Positions 1-9,231 are shown, counted from the first letter of the stretch. The stretch: DNA of 64,000 nt from Myxococcota bacterium (GCA_036337945.1 JAYZDF010000063.1:26560-90559); one strand, 5' to 3'. The notes: generated by a model from the sequence alone, not told the origin. Numbers and translations: made by a program.

Positions 1-154
1 TGAGTTGGTAATACTCTGGAATACGCCCATCTTCAGCCCGGCGGTCTTTGGGGCACCAGCCCCCTGTTTCGATTCCCATCTGCATGGCCACATCGAGTGC
101 GGCACGGTCTACGCCCGTTTGTCCGCCTGATATAATTTTGAACTCGCTATCCAT
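1..154 (-). CDS. 5' fragment (N-terminal ~51 aa) of a SLOG/YpsA-like putative molybdenum-carrier family protein; the gene runs off the window
   Basis: ATG at 152-154 on the minus strand. Translation [51 protein letters not shown] carries the [12 protein letters not shown]...GGWCPKxRxAEDG signature of this family. Not in the ORF track because it is under 60 aa. Confidence 0.45.
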   Translation of the reverse strand, partial: MDSEFKIISGGQTGVDRAALDVAMQMGIETGGWCPKDRRAEDGRIPEYYQL

Positions 155-297
155 TGCAAACCGCGCCACAACTGTCCGACGTCGGCGTTACTGATAGCCA
201 GACTAATCAAAATTGGTCTACAAATTTTTCTGAGTCGCCAATAATCATCAACAATTTTTAACGAAGAGTTTTACTTAAGATATCGAAATTACTCGTT

Positions 298-1587
298 TTA
301 TCTAAGCGAAACGCTGATATAAAGTGTCATGAGAGCGACGGCGCTGACAAAGCCAAGAGTGAACCACAGCAATCGGTGAACCTCTGAACCCGCATTATTT
401 GTGTTCTTTCGTTCGTTTACGAGACTCAATTTCGCAGGCTCTTTTTCATAGAGAATTGAAGTTTCGACTCCAGTTACACGATCGGCGAACGTCAGTGGTT
501 GGGGCATCACCGGGCCGTGCCTTGATTCTAAGGCACGAGTGAATTCACCTTTCTTGATTTCTTGTTCCGGTTTTTCATCGCGAACTTTTGGGCGGGTTAC
601 ATATTGTTCGCCGGTCTGGTGCGATGGAAGGTGGGAAAGTACAAGCGCCTCCCATCTTTTTTGGCCATGACTGGCTTCATCTGCCTTGTAGGTCCGGAAA
701 AATTCGCGTTCTACCTGAGATTCTAGTTTAGAAATAGACTGGTCGGCTGACTGAAGTAGGCGTTCGAACATCATTCCGGTCAATATATTTTGACCAGCGA
801 CGCGAATTGATGTGGGGCAACGCGAGACAATCGACTTAAGGATTTTGATCAAACCTGTCACTGGAGAGTGGGATGTTTCGGCGAGTTTTGGCTTTAGCCC
901 AATAAGCTTGGGTTGTCCTTGGTAGCTTATTAACACGTTTGTTTGCTCCATCCCATTAAGAATTTGGTATTGCGAAGCATCGTCTGAGAGCTGGCCCGAA
1001 ACTTCGTCGACGATTCTGATGAGTTCCATGGCGAGCCAAAGAAAAAGGCGTGGATCCAGTGATTGCTCTGGAAGTTTTTTTAGAAGAGACCCCAGTCCCA
1101 GGCCGAGGGTGTCTTCCGTCAGGACCATGAATTGATTGTTGGTATGGGTGTATCCATAGATACGCGCAATACCGTCGTGACTAATGCTGCGTGCTGTTTC
1201 CACAGCGGCGATGATTTTCTCTAAGCTGTTGGAATTAGCGTTGATAGGATGTGCTCTCATCTTTACCGGAAGCTGCGAAGAAAAACTTTGTTCCACATGC
1301 CAAGCCGGCGCGGATTCATCCTCAATTGGACCAATGAAGGTTACTGGCAATTCCGCGGCTTGCATCTTTTTGCTCGATAAAGGTCTGCAGACCGAATTCG
1401 CCCGCCCACCACGTGAAAAAATATCATTTTTCTGAGCAACATTTTGTCTACAGCACCGATAAATTCTTGGTTTGTCTCGAATTGGGCAAAATTTACAAGG
1501 GTTAAACCTCCTCGCGGCCGCAAAGCGCTTGGTGGCGTCGGTGAGTTCGGATTCTTCTAGCCAGATTAATCCGCACCAACAGAACAA
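298..1587 (-). CDS. hypothetical membrane-anchored protein: Cys-rich N-terminus (possible zinc ribbon), degenerate protein-kinase-like core lacking HRD (pseudokinase-like), C-terminal TM helix
   Basis: Long ORF. Motifs CWCG..NPCKFCP..RCCRQ at the N-terminus, GIARIYGYTHTNNQFMVLTEDTLG kinase-like segment, C-terminal hydrophobic LLWFTLGFVSAVALMTLYISV. The true start may be an internal Met (MQAAELP). Confidence 0.45.
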   Translation of the reverse strand: MFCWCGLIWLEESELTDATKRFAAARRFNPCKFCPIRDKPRIYRCCRQNVAQKNDIFSRGGRANSVCRPLSSKKMQAAELPVTFIGPIEDESAPAWHVEQSFSSQLPVKMRAHPINANSNSLEKIIAAVETARSISHDGIARIYGYTHTNNQFMVLTEDTLGLGLGSLLKKLPEQSLDPRLFLWLAMELIRIVDEVSGQLSDDASQYQILNGMEQTNVLISYQGQPKLIGLKPKLAETSHSPVTGLIKILKSIVSRCPTSIRVAGQNILTGMMFERLLQSADQSISKLESQVEREFFRTYKADEASHGQKRWEALVLSHLPSHQTGEQYVTRPKVRDEKPEQEIKKGEFTRALESRHGPVMPQPLTFADRVTGVETSILYEKEPAKLSLVNERKNTNNAGSEVHRLLWFTLGFVSAVALMTLYISVSLR

Positions 1588-1933
1588 GGTTGCGACCGGA
1601 AAGCAAACGCAAGCTGGTGGTTCAAAATCCGACGACCCTGGTCGTCGAGCGGGTTACAACCGGACCCTAAGTCAGCAAGATATCTCTCGGCTAGCCGCCG
1701 AACTTGAGGAGCGAGGGCGCCGCGGTGTCAATCGCTATATCAACCCAAAAAACCGCAGTAAGAAAGAGGGCAGCGCATTTGCGATAGCCAATGAGGGCAC
1801 TCAAAGTTTCGAGGTTTACGCGCAAGAAACGAAGCCGTTGTCCCGAGAAGAAGCGGTGGCCCAGCATGACGAGCTTTGGCGATATAATCGTTCAATGCGC
1901 GATCTTGTCGGTGTCAAAGTATTTGGCCACTAA
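1472..1933 (+). CDS. doubtful hypothetical ORF (low-complexity, basic) that fills the gap between two minus-strand genes
   Basis: 153-aa ORF with no recognisable motifs. It overlaps the 5' end of the 298..1587 ORF if that ORF uses its longest start. Confidence 0.2.
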   Translation: MSRIGQNLQGLNLLAAAKRLVASVSSDSSSQINPHQQNKVATGKQTQAGGSKSDDPGRRAGYNRTLSQQDISRLAAELEERGRRGVNRYINPKNRSKKEGSAFAIANEGTQSFEVYAQETKPLSREEAVAQHDELWRYNRSMRDLVGVKVFGH

Positions 1934-2710
1934 CCGACCATTGATAAACGCCAGTACCACGTACGCGATAAAGAAAGCTGTGATACCGGAAGTATCGTGA
2001 TAGTTCTGCACGCCGAGTAAGTCGTTCGCTTCATATGACTGTGCCGCGAAACAAAGAGCGCTAATCCGGCCGATGTTGGTAATGGCCGACAAAACTAAGC
2101 TTGCTGCGATGAGCCACGCGATGATTTTCGAGTGCGTACGCTTGAGACTGCCAACAAAGACCGCTAGAGCGACGAAGCGAACCGCTAGGCGCGCACCGCT
2201 ACATTCTGCTGTAATGTAGATCCGGTGGGGGTCACACCAAATTTGGTTATCTGTTCGAATAGCTAAACTCGTATCAAAAATCTGAGTGAACCATGAGGTC
2301 GCTGCTGCCGTAGATATCTGTAAGGATTCTCCAAAATGTAAATCAAGCAAATAGCTCGTTGGAGCGATGAAGAAAAGTAACAATATTCGTCCTGTTGCCA
2401 ACGCAGGGAAGTAGCGATGAAACAGTAGTAAAGTGGCCGGTGCGATAGCATAGCTTGCAATCCAGATTGCATCTAGCACTATGGAAAAAACAGAGATGAT
2501 TGCGAGCAACCAAGGAAGTTGTGAAATAAACGGAATATGAATGGGACCTGGCTCGGCGTATTTGCGTCCTAGCCATATTGCCCAAGCGGTCATGATAGGC
2601 GCGCAGATAATGATTTCTGCGTATCCACCAATTAATGCGTCAAAAAAAACTTCATACACCCCGTAAAGACCGATTAATATACTCGCGATGCATGCAATGA
2701 CGTTAGGCAT
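1892..2710 (-). CDS. exosortase/archaeosortase-family integral membrane transpeptidase (Xrt-like)
   Basis: Polytopic membrane protein. It has the family's conserved motifs: active-site AECSGARLAVRF (Cys-Ser-Gly then Arg), ITNIGRISAL (N-x-x-R-I) and NYHDTSG (His-x-x-G) in successive TM regions. A 9-nt gap downstream of lnt implies co-transcription. Confidence 0.6.
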   Translation of the reverse strand: MPNVIACIASILIGLYGVYEVFFDALIGGYAEIIICAPIMTAWAIWLGRKYAEPGPIHIPFISQLPWLLAIISVFSIVLDAIWIASYAIAPATLLLFHRYFPALATGRILLLFFIAPTSYLLDLHFGESLQISTAAATSWFTQIFDTSLAIRTDNQIWCDPHRIYITAECSGARLAVRFVALAVFVGSLKRTHSKIIAWLIAASLVLSAITNIGRISALCFAAQSYEANDLLGVQNYHDTSGITAFFIAYVVLAFINGRLVAKYFDTDKIAH

Positions 2711-2719
2711 AAGTTGTTT

Positions 2720-4102
2720 CTAATCCTGGCGTCGAAAACCGAACAGGAGGACAACGAGAGTGTATCCTAAGGTCAACGGTGCGAATACACCTTCTGTTCT
2801 CGTAAATATTGATTGCTTACTTTTGAGTTTTATTTTTCCAACGAGAATTCCCGGTTTCCATACTGGTAAATGATGTGTGACCTGACCGCTAGAATCGATC
2901 AGTAGACTTGGCCCCACTTGTGATGAGTGAATTGCTGGTCGCCGCCGCTCAATGGCGCGAAGTACTGTTTTCCGTGCATGCAGCTCGGCAATATTCGTAT
3001 GACCAAAAGCGCCTGGGTCCGTAAAGACTGCGATTGCTTTCGCCTCCTTGGCATGATCAAAAAGGCGCGGAAAAACGCTTTCCCAACAAATAACGGGGGC
3101 GATAGGGGCCTTACTTGGGCCGAGCACGGTTCCCTTCGTTCCCGCACCCAGTCCCGCCTCGATCACGGGTACGTTTTTTCGTTTGTCGTAAATTTGTGCA
3201 GTTTCGAAACCTGGCTCTATATACCAAACAGAATTAAAGTTGATTCCGTCATTGCGATACCTGGGTAGCCCAGCGAGCAGGGCAGGGCGAGTTGTAGAGC
3301 TTAGTGTCTTTCGTAGTTTCTCTTCTTTAGTTGGGTCATGAGGAAGCGCGGTTTCTGGCCAAACTATGAGTTCAACATCCGAAGGTACCTGACTCAAGCT
3401 ATCTGTGTAGGCGTTCTTTAGCACTTGTGAAAACTCGAAGTCTTTTGCTGCGAATTCATAAAACCAATAAGGAATCGCTGCCTGCACGAGTGCAACGTTT
3501 AGCCTTTGGTCGTCGGTTCGTTGTTCTTCTGTCTGTAAATGGTAAAGGCTATAAAGTGAGCTAAGTAGAAGCGCACAGAAAGCTGGTATAGCCGGCTTGA
3601 CCGAGAGTTGGTTTCGGACAGCATATAATGAGGCCCCCAGCCATGCGACGACAAATCCCACAAGATATGTACCACCAAGGTCAGCAATTTGAATGAACCA
3701 GAGTTGGTAAGCAAATCCGTCGCCAAGAGGGGCTGGATTCCAAGCGAGAAGTGTTCGGATATATTCAATTCCGCACCAAAGGGAAGCAACGGTAATTGGT
3801 GTGCCCCAACGCCCACGAAACAATAGTGGCAAGAGGACGACAAAAGCCATTCGGAAGAAAAGGTGCATCAGCCAGGCAACGCCGAATACGTCCCAGCCGT
3901 TTATGATGAAAGACCAAAACGCAAGGCCATCGAAACTGCCAAATAGGAATGCTGGAATGATTGCGCTGCGCGATGTCTTCGTTCTTGTGCATTCGCAGAT
4001 GATTGCGATTCCTAACACAGCAAGCCACGGTGCTTGATCATGAGAAAAAGACATGAGGAGTCCAGCGAGTGCACTCCAAAGCAAGCTCATATCCTTATTC
4101 AT
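2720..4102 (-). CDS. lnt: apolipoprotein N-acyltransferase
   Basis: N-terminal multi-TM domain plus C-terminal CN-hydrolase domain. Catalytic triad context is present: LIVWPETALP (Glu), YDKRKNVP (Lys), PVICWESVFP (Cys), followed by a C-terminal TM helix. Confidence 0.8.
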   Translation of the reverse strand: MNKDMSLLWSALAGLLMSFSHDQAPWLAVLGIAIICECTRTKTSRSAIIPAFLFGSFDGLAFWSFIINGWDVFGVAWLMHLFFRMAFVVLLPLLFRGRWGTPITVASLWCGIEYIRTLLAWNPAPLGDGFAYQLWFIQIADLGGTYLVGFVVAWLGASLYAVRNQLSVKPAIPAFCALLLSSLYSLYHLQTEEQRTDDQRLNVALVQAAIPYWFYEFAAKDFEFSQVLKNAYTDSLSQVPSDVELIVWPETALPHDPTKEEKLRKTLSSTTRPALLAGLPRYRNDGINFNSVWYIEPGFETAQIYDKRKNVPVIEAGLGAGTKGTVLGPSKAPIAPVICWESVFPRLFDHAKEAKAIAVFTDPGAFGHTNIAELHARKTVLRAIERRRPAIHSSQVGPSLLIDSSGQVTHHLPVWKPGILVGKIKLKSKQSIFTRTEGVFAPLTLGYTLVVLLFGFRRQD

Positions 4103-4374
4103 CGTTTGGTTATGGTACTCCTACAATTTTTTGTATCTGCGAGTTTTGCAGCATATTCGCTATCCACGGCAAATACGCCTAGGCCTGGCCGTTCAACGAT
4201 TCGTCCATTTTCCAAGTTTTGAAGCATAACGATAGGCTTTCCATTTTCCGCACCAATTCCTGGCGATATGAGACAGCCGTTCGGGGCCTTGTTGTGTTCT
4301 ATGCTTTGCCTTCTTCGCTTTAGGATTTCTTCTATTGTAAGTGCACGAGACAAGATTGGAGCACCTGTCTTCAT
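4099..4374 (-). CDS. hypothetical small protein; its ATGA overlaps the lnt start
   Basis: 91-aa ORF. The upstream in-frame sequence encodes a TM-like segment (FTFIAGLLVIAGFIHY) but lacks any ATG, GTG or TTG. Confidence 0.4.
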   Translation of the reverse strand: MKTGAPILSRALTIEEILKRRRQSIEHNKAPNGCLISPGIGAENGKPIVMLQNLENGRIVERPGLGVFAVDSEYAAKLADTKNCRSTITKR

Positions 4375-4524
4375 AGATGCTTCAGCCGAAAGAAACTGGT
4401 ACGAACTAATGGATGTGGGCTTTTGATTTTCTTCGAAAGCCTGGAGAGTGCGTTGGCCGTAGTGAATAAAGCCAGCAATGACCAGTAGGCCAGCAATGAA
4501 GGTAAATCGTTCGATAGGTAAGTT

Positions 4525-7242
4525 TTATCGCACGATCATGAGAATGTCATCATCATCAATCATATCGCCATCATAGTCGGAGTTGTCTTCCCAAACCATG
4601 ATGAGCTGCGTACCATCCACGGCCATGCTTGGCTCAATGGAAATTCCCTGATTGACAGAGTTCATACCGATGTCACTGATTGATGCGTACGGTGAGAACA
4701 TAGAGCCATTCCAAGTTCTCATATAAATATCGAGGTCGGTTCCTGCGCCGTTGATATCACCCGCATCCTCCCAACTTGCGTGGACGTTTCCAAGAGAATC
4801 AATGGCGACATCAGCATTGGTGCTCCTTCCGTCATTGATGTCGTCGCTCAAAAGGATCAGCGAGCCTCGGCCAGCTGGGGTTTGAGGGACAAAGAAGTTG
4901 GCCATGAAGACATCGATGTCAGTACCGTTATTAATTACGTTACCAGAACCGTGCCAGGTAATGTAGAGAAGCCCTCGTGAATCAGCTGGGTCAGCGGCAA
5001 TTCTCGGACGATAGACATTATCGAAACCGTTTTCTTCAGAGATAAGAACGATAGGTCCCCATGTGCAGCCACCTGCCATGTTGGGTGTAGAGCCGCGGTA
5101 ATAAATATCACGGTTCATATCGGTATCCGACATATCGATTTGCCCGTCATCTTGCCAGACGACATGCGGGCAGTTGTCTGGTGTAACCGCGATTCTCGGA
5201 CGGACAGAAACGCCATCTAAACCAGGAAGTGCATCACTGATTAGAGTTGGCTGGTTGAACCCAGCAGAACCACCGCTGGCGTAATAGATATCATAGTCTG
5301 TATCTCCGTCACCGTCGAGGTCACCATTATCTTGCCAGACCACGTGAGCGATGCCTCGGCCGTCGACTGCGACATCGGGATAAATGGAACGATAATCTTG
5401 TTCGTCAGGGCCTGAACCTGCGCCCATAGATGATTGAGATACCAGTAAAGCATTCGTGCCGAGAGACTGCCCATCGTGGTTTCGGTAGTAGATATCTGAC
5501 TCCACGTCGGTGTCTTGATCCAGTGCACCATCATCCTGCCAAACGATATGAAGCCCACCGTTTGACGCTGGTGATACGCTGACATTTTCGGAGTTACCGT
5601 CAAGAACGGGGTTCACAAAATTTGAAACTGTTTCGATGACTGACATCGCAGAACCTGTTCCGTAGAGACGAAGATAGATATCGCGGTCTGTGCCTTCTTC
5701 CGCTCGCTCTACGTTGTCACGCCAAACAACCCCGATTGCGCCATTCGTCGTGACGGCTACTGCAGGACGGTTACTACTTGCTCGGCTAGGATCACTTCCC
5801 CACTCCATTGGGGGAGGATCGTCAGAAACGATACGCGCGAGGTTTGCGACCTCAACGATCATCGTCACTGGGGTCGAGCTGTTCCCCGCGATATCAATCG
5901 CGGTGATGGTGAGTACATGACTTCCATCAGCAACCTGAGTTGTGTCCCAGGCGACAGAGAATGTGGAAGTGTCGGCAAGCGGGATACTTGTCAACGCTTG
6001 ACCATCGACGGCGACGTCAATCGCAGCCACGCCATTCATATTCATATCGGTTGTATTGTCGGTCGCTTCTCCTTCAATGAGAGCAAGGCCGGTCAGTGTG
6101 TCTCCTGCCATGGGCGACAAAATTGTGAGCGCCGGCATCGTGGTGTCTAGCGTAACTGTTGCAACGATGGGATTGCCGGAGGTTCTTCCGCAGAAATCGC
6201 GGGCGTCAATCTGAATAAAGTTCTGGCCTGCGCTGAGAGTGTAAGAAAACATAAAAGTTGTTTCCGCATTCTCCATGACGACTTCATCGTCGTTGACGAG
6301 AATCGCAGAGTTCGCCTCTTTTGTACCGCTGAGCATCAGGTCTGGATTCGACGTGTATGAACCCGGAAGCATAGCTGCTGGAATTTCTGGTTGCGATGGC
6401 GCTGTAGAATCATATTCAACTTCAACCGTGTGTGGAAGACTGATGTTTGTTCCGATTTGTCCAACAAACTCGAGAGTATTTTTTCCTTCATTGAGAGCTA
6501 CAGTGTGTGTCCACGTTGTTTCGTCACCGGCTTCGATTATGAGCGTGTCATTGAGGAGAACAGCTACTCCGGGTGCTCGTTTTCCGGTGATGACTTGAGA
6601 GTCGTCGCAGGTGGGTGACATTGGGTCATCGACGCTCAAGCCGATACCGCTGTCGTCTTGAAAGATATCGAGCTCGACAACTTCGCTTGCACGACATGAA
6701 TCACGTGCCTCGATACGAACTGTATTTGGTCCTGGCATGAGCATGACCTGAGCCGTCCACATTGTGGACTCATCAGGTGGTACAGCAACCATCCCGTCGA
6801 TTGATATTCCAGCACCTGCTTCTTTTTCACCTGAGATGGTGAACATTCTTTCCATAACAACCGCAGGAATCATTCCCGTGACCGTTGGTTTGGCGGGTTG
6901 TGTCAGATCTAGAGTCGTGTTCTTCCGAATGGAGTCACTTTCTTGACCCGTTGCACTTTTAGCAACGATCGTCAGCGTGTTTGTTCCTTCCATCATTTCG
7001 ACCGAAGCATTCCAGGCTGCCTTTTCGTCGAGGGGAACGACTTCCACTCCGTTGATCCAGATGGCAGTAGAACTCTGCTTGGTACCCGATATCGGTGCCG
7101 GTGAAGCGCACACTGTTTCAGCGAGGTCGGCGGTTGGTTTTTCTGGTTTGTCTGTGACGCTAGAGTCCGTTGTTTCTTCGCACGCGAAGCACAATGCGGC
7201 TGCTAAGATCGAGTAAAGTCGAAGGGAATTCGTATGAATCAT
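4525..7242 (-). CDS. secreted (lipo)protein with N-terminal Ig-like/Big-type domains and a C-terminal 7-bladed beta-propeller built from W-x-D...D-x-D-x-DIYYR repeats
   Basis: Signal peptide with Cys (AALCFAC). Seven repeats of about 45-50 aa, for example VVWRDN..GTDRDIYLR, IVWQDDG..DVESDIYYR, VVWQDNG..DTDYDIYYA, VVWQDDG..DMNRDIYYR, ASWEDAG..GTDLDIYMR. Confidence 0.7.
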   Translation of the reverse strand: MIHTNSLRLYSILAAALCFACEETTDSSVTDKPEKPTADLAETVCASPAPISGTKQSSTAIWINGVEVVPLDEKAAWNASVEMMEGTNTLTIVAKSATGQESDSIRKNTTLDLTQPAKPTVTGMIPAVVMERMFTISGEKEAGAGISIDGMVAVPPDESTMWTAQVMLMPGPNTVRIEARDSCRASEVVELDIFQDDSGIGLSVDDPMSPTCDDSQVITGKRAPGVAVLLNDTLIIEAGDETTWTHTVALNEGKNTLEFVGQIGTNISLPHTVEVEYDSTAPSQPEIPAAMLPGSYTSNPDLMLSGTKEANSAILVNDDEVVMENAETTFMFSYTLSAGQNFIQIDARDFCGRTSGNPIVATVTLDTTMPALTILSPMAGDTLTGLALIEGEATDNTTDMNMNGVAAIDVAVDGQALTSIPLADTSTFSVAWDTTQVADGSHVLTITAIDIAGNSSTPVTMIVEVANLARIVSDDPPPMEWGSDPSRASSNRPAVAVTTNGAIGVVWRDNVERAEEGTDRDIYLRLYGTGSAMSVIETVSNFVNPVLDGNSENVSVSPASNGGLHIVWQDDGALDQDTDVESDIYYRNHDGQSLGTNALLVSQSSMGAGSGPDEQDYRSIYPDVAVDGRGIAHVVWQDNGDLDGDGDTDYDIYYASGGSAGFNQPTLISDALPGLDGVSVRPRIAVTPDNCPHVVWQDDGQIDMSDTDMNRDIYYRGSTPNMAGGCTWGPIVLISEENGFDNVYRPRIAADPADSRGLLYITWHGSGNVINNGTDIDVFMANFFVPQTPAGRGSLILLSDDINDGRSTNADVAIDSLGNVHASWEDAGDINGAGTDLDIYMRTWNGSMFSPYASISDIGMNSVNQGISIEPSMAVDGTQLIMVWEDNSDYDGDMIDDDDILMIVR

Positions 7243-7302
7243 TTATAGTCTCCGTTTGAGGCGGCTGCGGTTAAGAACCGACCCGCTTACTATACCCCAA
7301 AT

Positions 7303-9042
7303 TTAGAGTTTTAGGGTACCGTAGGACAAATACATCATGGTTAAATTGATGGATAAGTGGCACAAAAATGGGGGTAGGAAGCTGCGTGACTTGTAGTACA
7401 TTAGATACAAAGGTATTCCAGCGCCTACGGTGATCATTCCAATTGATTGCCAAGCTTGCAGGCTCGTGGTGAGACCGACCGAGAGCTGTTCATAGCTCGG
7501 TGATAAATCTACCAGGGCACCCTCCGCAACGGGCGCTATTTGAGAAAAGTCGACCGCTTCAAGAGGGTTTGCAGCAAATGAGTAGTACGTCATATGATAG
7601 AGGCCAAAAAGTAAGCCTCCGAAGACGCTGGGTAGCCAATGGCCTGGCAGTCCTCGCGCCAGATTTCTCGCTAAAAACCCTCGGAAGAAGACCTCTTCAG
7701 CTGCAACGTGGAAAATTGTAAGACCAATGACCACTTCAAGCGCTGATTTTACCGCTTGAGCGGGAGACAAAAAGCCTACGCCGATGCCAAACCCAATCGC
7801 AGGAACCAACCATATTGGGTTACACATAAAATCCGCTTTGTTGAACTTTTGGTCTTTCAAGAAAAACAAGGAGAGAACAACGCCAAAGATGATGAGTAGA
7901 CCTCGTCGAAGGTAGAAGAAATTGTCGCCAGCATCGTAGAAGTATTCGTTGACTCCCATTCTCGACAGTACAGCCATCGCGTAAAGGGCCACAAAAATCA
8001 CGCCAAAACTGAAAATACTTCCGAGCAAACGGCTGAGTTTCGCTTCGGCGATTACATTGTCTCGTTTACCTTTTTTGGTAACTTTGAACGATGCTTTCGA
8101 ATTGGCTTCTGATTTCGATTTTTGGCGGGATTTGAATTCTGAGCCCAACCTATGTGAATCTGAGCTCGCGCTTTTCGTTATCTTCCCTGAGCTTATGTCT
8201 ACGGCGCGTTGCAGTTCGTTCGCGATGTCTCGTCGTCCGGGTTCAATCTCGAGCGCTGACTTGTAGAATTTGATGGCGGCTTTCGCACGACCTACTTCAA
8301 CGGTTGATCGACCGAGATAAACGAGAGTAGAGACACAATATGGAGATTTTTCATGAATCTCTCGTAACTTTCCAAGGAAACCTAGTTTGTCTTGATCGTT
8401 CTTCGCGAGTTTGAATTGAGAGTACGTAAAGGAAGAATGATATTCGGACGTATTTGGGTGTGCTTCTGCAAGCTTTCGAAATATTTCAAGTGCTTCACCC
8501 GCTCGACCTTCCTCAAGATGTCTAAGTCCCAAATCGAATTGAGAACGCTCTCGGAGGTATATAGCGACTTCGTCACCGGGCTCGTCGGTGTTTGCTGGGC
8601 TTACTGCCGCTTCTGCTTGTTGCTCAAGCGCTTGTATCTCCTGACTCATTGAAGCACTTGCCAGTGGATGATAGCTTTTGGAACGTTCGGACGAAGTGTT
8701 GTCGAATAAGAAGTCTTCTACGGTTTTTGGTCTTTCTTGTGGTGGTTCGGGTGTTGGCTCTTCTGTCTGTGCAGGCGCAGTGACATTGGGCGCAGGCGCG
8801 ACGCTGCTCCGACTTTGAATCTCTTGAAACGCTACTGCAAATTCCCGAACACTCAGAATGGGGACATACTGAGTGAAAGGTGCAACAGCAACGTGCGAGT
8901 TTGTAGCTATTTTACCAGCCCGAATCGAGGCGGATATATCCGCCGCGGGAGACGGTCCATATTCGTTCCCGTTTGCAATTCGGAGGCGATACAGCGGCTC
9001 CGTCATCGCGGATACTCTGTCACGCATTGCGCCTGTCAGCAA
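7303..9042 (-). CDS. multidomain membrane protein: N-terminal DUF4339-like domain, TPR repeats, C-terminal CPBP (CAAX protease/Abi) family intramembrane metalloprotease
   Basis: C-terminal polytopic region carries CPBP motifs EEVFFRGF (EExxxR), FGLLFGLYH (FxxxH) and CHLSINL (HxxxN). The middle has TPR-like helical repeats. The N-terminus GNEYGPSPAADISASIRAGKI...VAPFTQYVP is DUF4339-like. The track start is TTG; an ATG lies 15 nt downstream. Confidence 0.7.
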   Translation of the reverse strand: MLTGAMRDRVSAMTEPLYRLRIANGNEYGPSPAADISASIRAGKIATNSHVAVAPFTQYVPILSVREFAVAFQEIQSRSSVAPAPNVTAPAQTEEPTPEPPQERPKTVEDFLFDNTSSERSKSYHPLASASMSQEIQALEQQAEAAVSPANTDEPGDEVAIYLRERSQFDLGLRHLEEGRAGEALEIFRKLAEAHPNTSEYHSSFTYSQFKLAKNDQDKLGFLGKLREIHEKSPYCVSTLVYLGRSTVEVGRAKAAIKFYKSALEIEPGRRDIANELQRAVDISSGKITKSASSDSHRLGSEFKSRQKSKSEANSKASFKVTKKGKRDNVIAEAKLSRLLGSIFSFGVIFVALYAMAVLSRMGVNEYFYDAGDNFFYLRRGLLIIFGVVLSLFFLKDQKFNKADFMCNPIWLVPAIGFGIGVGFLSPAQAVKSALEVVIGLTIFHVAAEEVFFRGFLARNLARGLPGHWLPSVFGGLLFGLYHMTYYSFAANPLEAVDFSQIAPVAEGALVDLSPSYEQLSVGLTTSLQAWQSIGMITVGAGIPLYLMYYKSRSFLPPFLCHLSINLTMMYLSYGTLKL

Positions 9043-9231
9043 ATATGAGGAAGAAATTTGTCTCGACTTCGTTCATCTTTATCGAAAAATGCGACGAATA
9101 AATAGTTTGATGATTATTCTCGTGAATGAATAGTTAGGCTCCAAAGCCGTGGGAAGCTTCAGTGGGTGTGTGAATCACGATTTCTAGGGAGTGGGTCGGT
9201 ATGATTGCGAGGGTAGGTTGAAACAGGGTAT

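Noticed and set aside
2263-4028. Several 60-110-aa ORFs (2263..2472, 2343..2585, 2899..3147, 2927..3268, 3499..3843, 3765..4028) inside the xrt and lnt genes
   Set aside because: They lie inside, or antisense to, strongly supported longer CDSs and show arbitrary composition.
4780-7216. Multiple small ORFs on both strands within the 905-aa propeller gene
   Set aside because: They are shadow ORFs within a long repeat-containing CDS.
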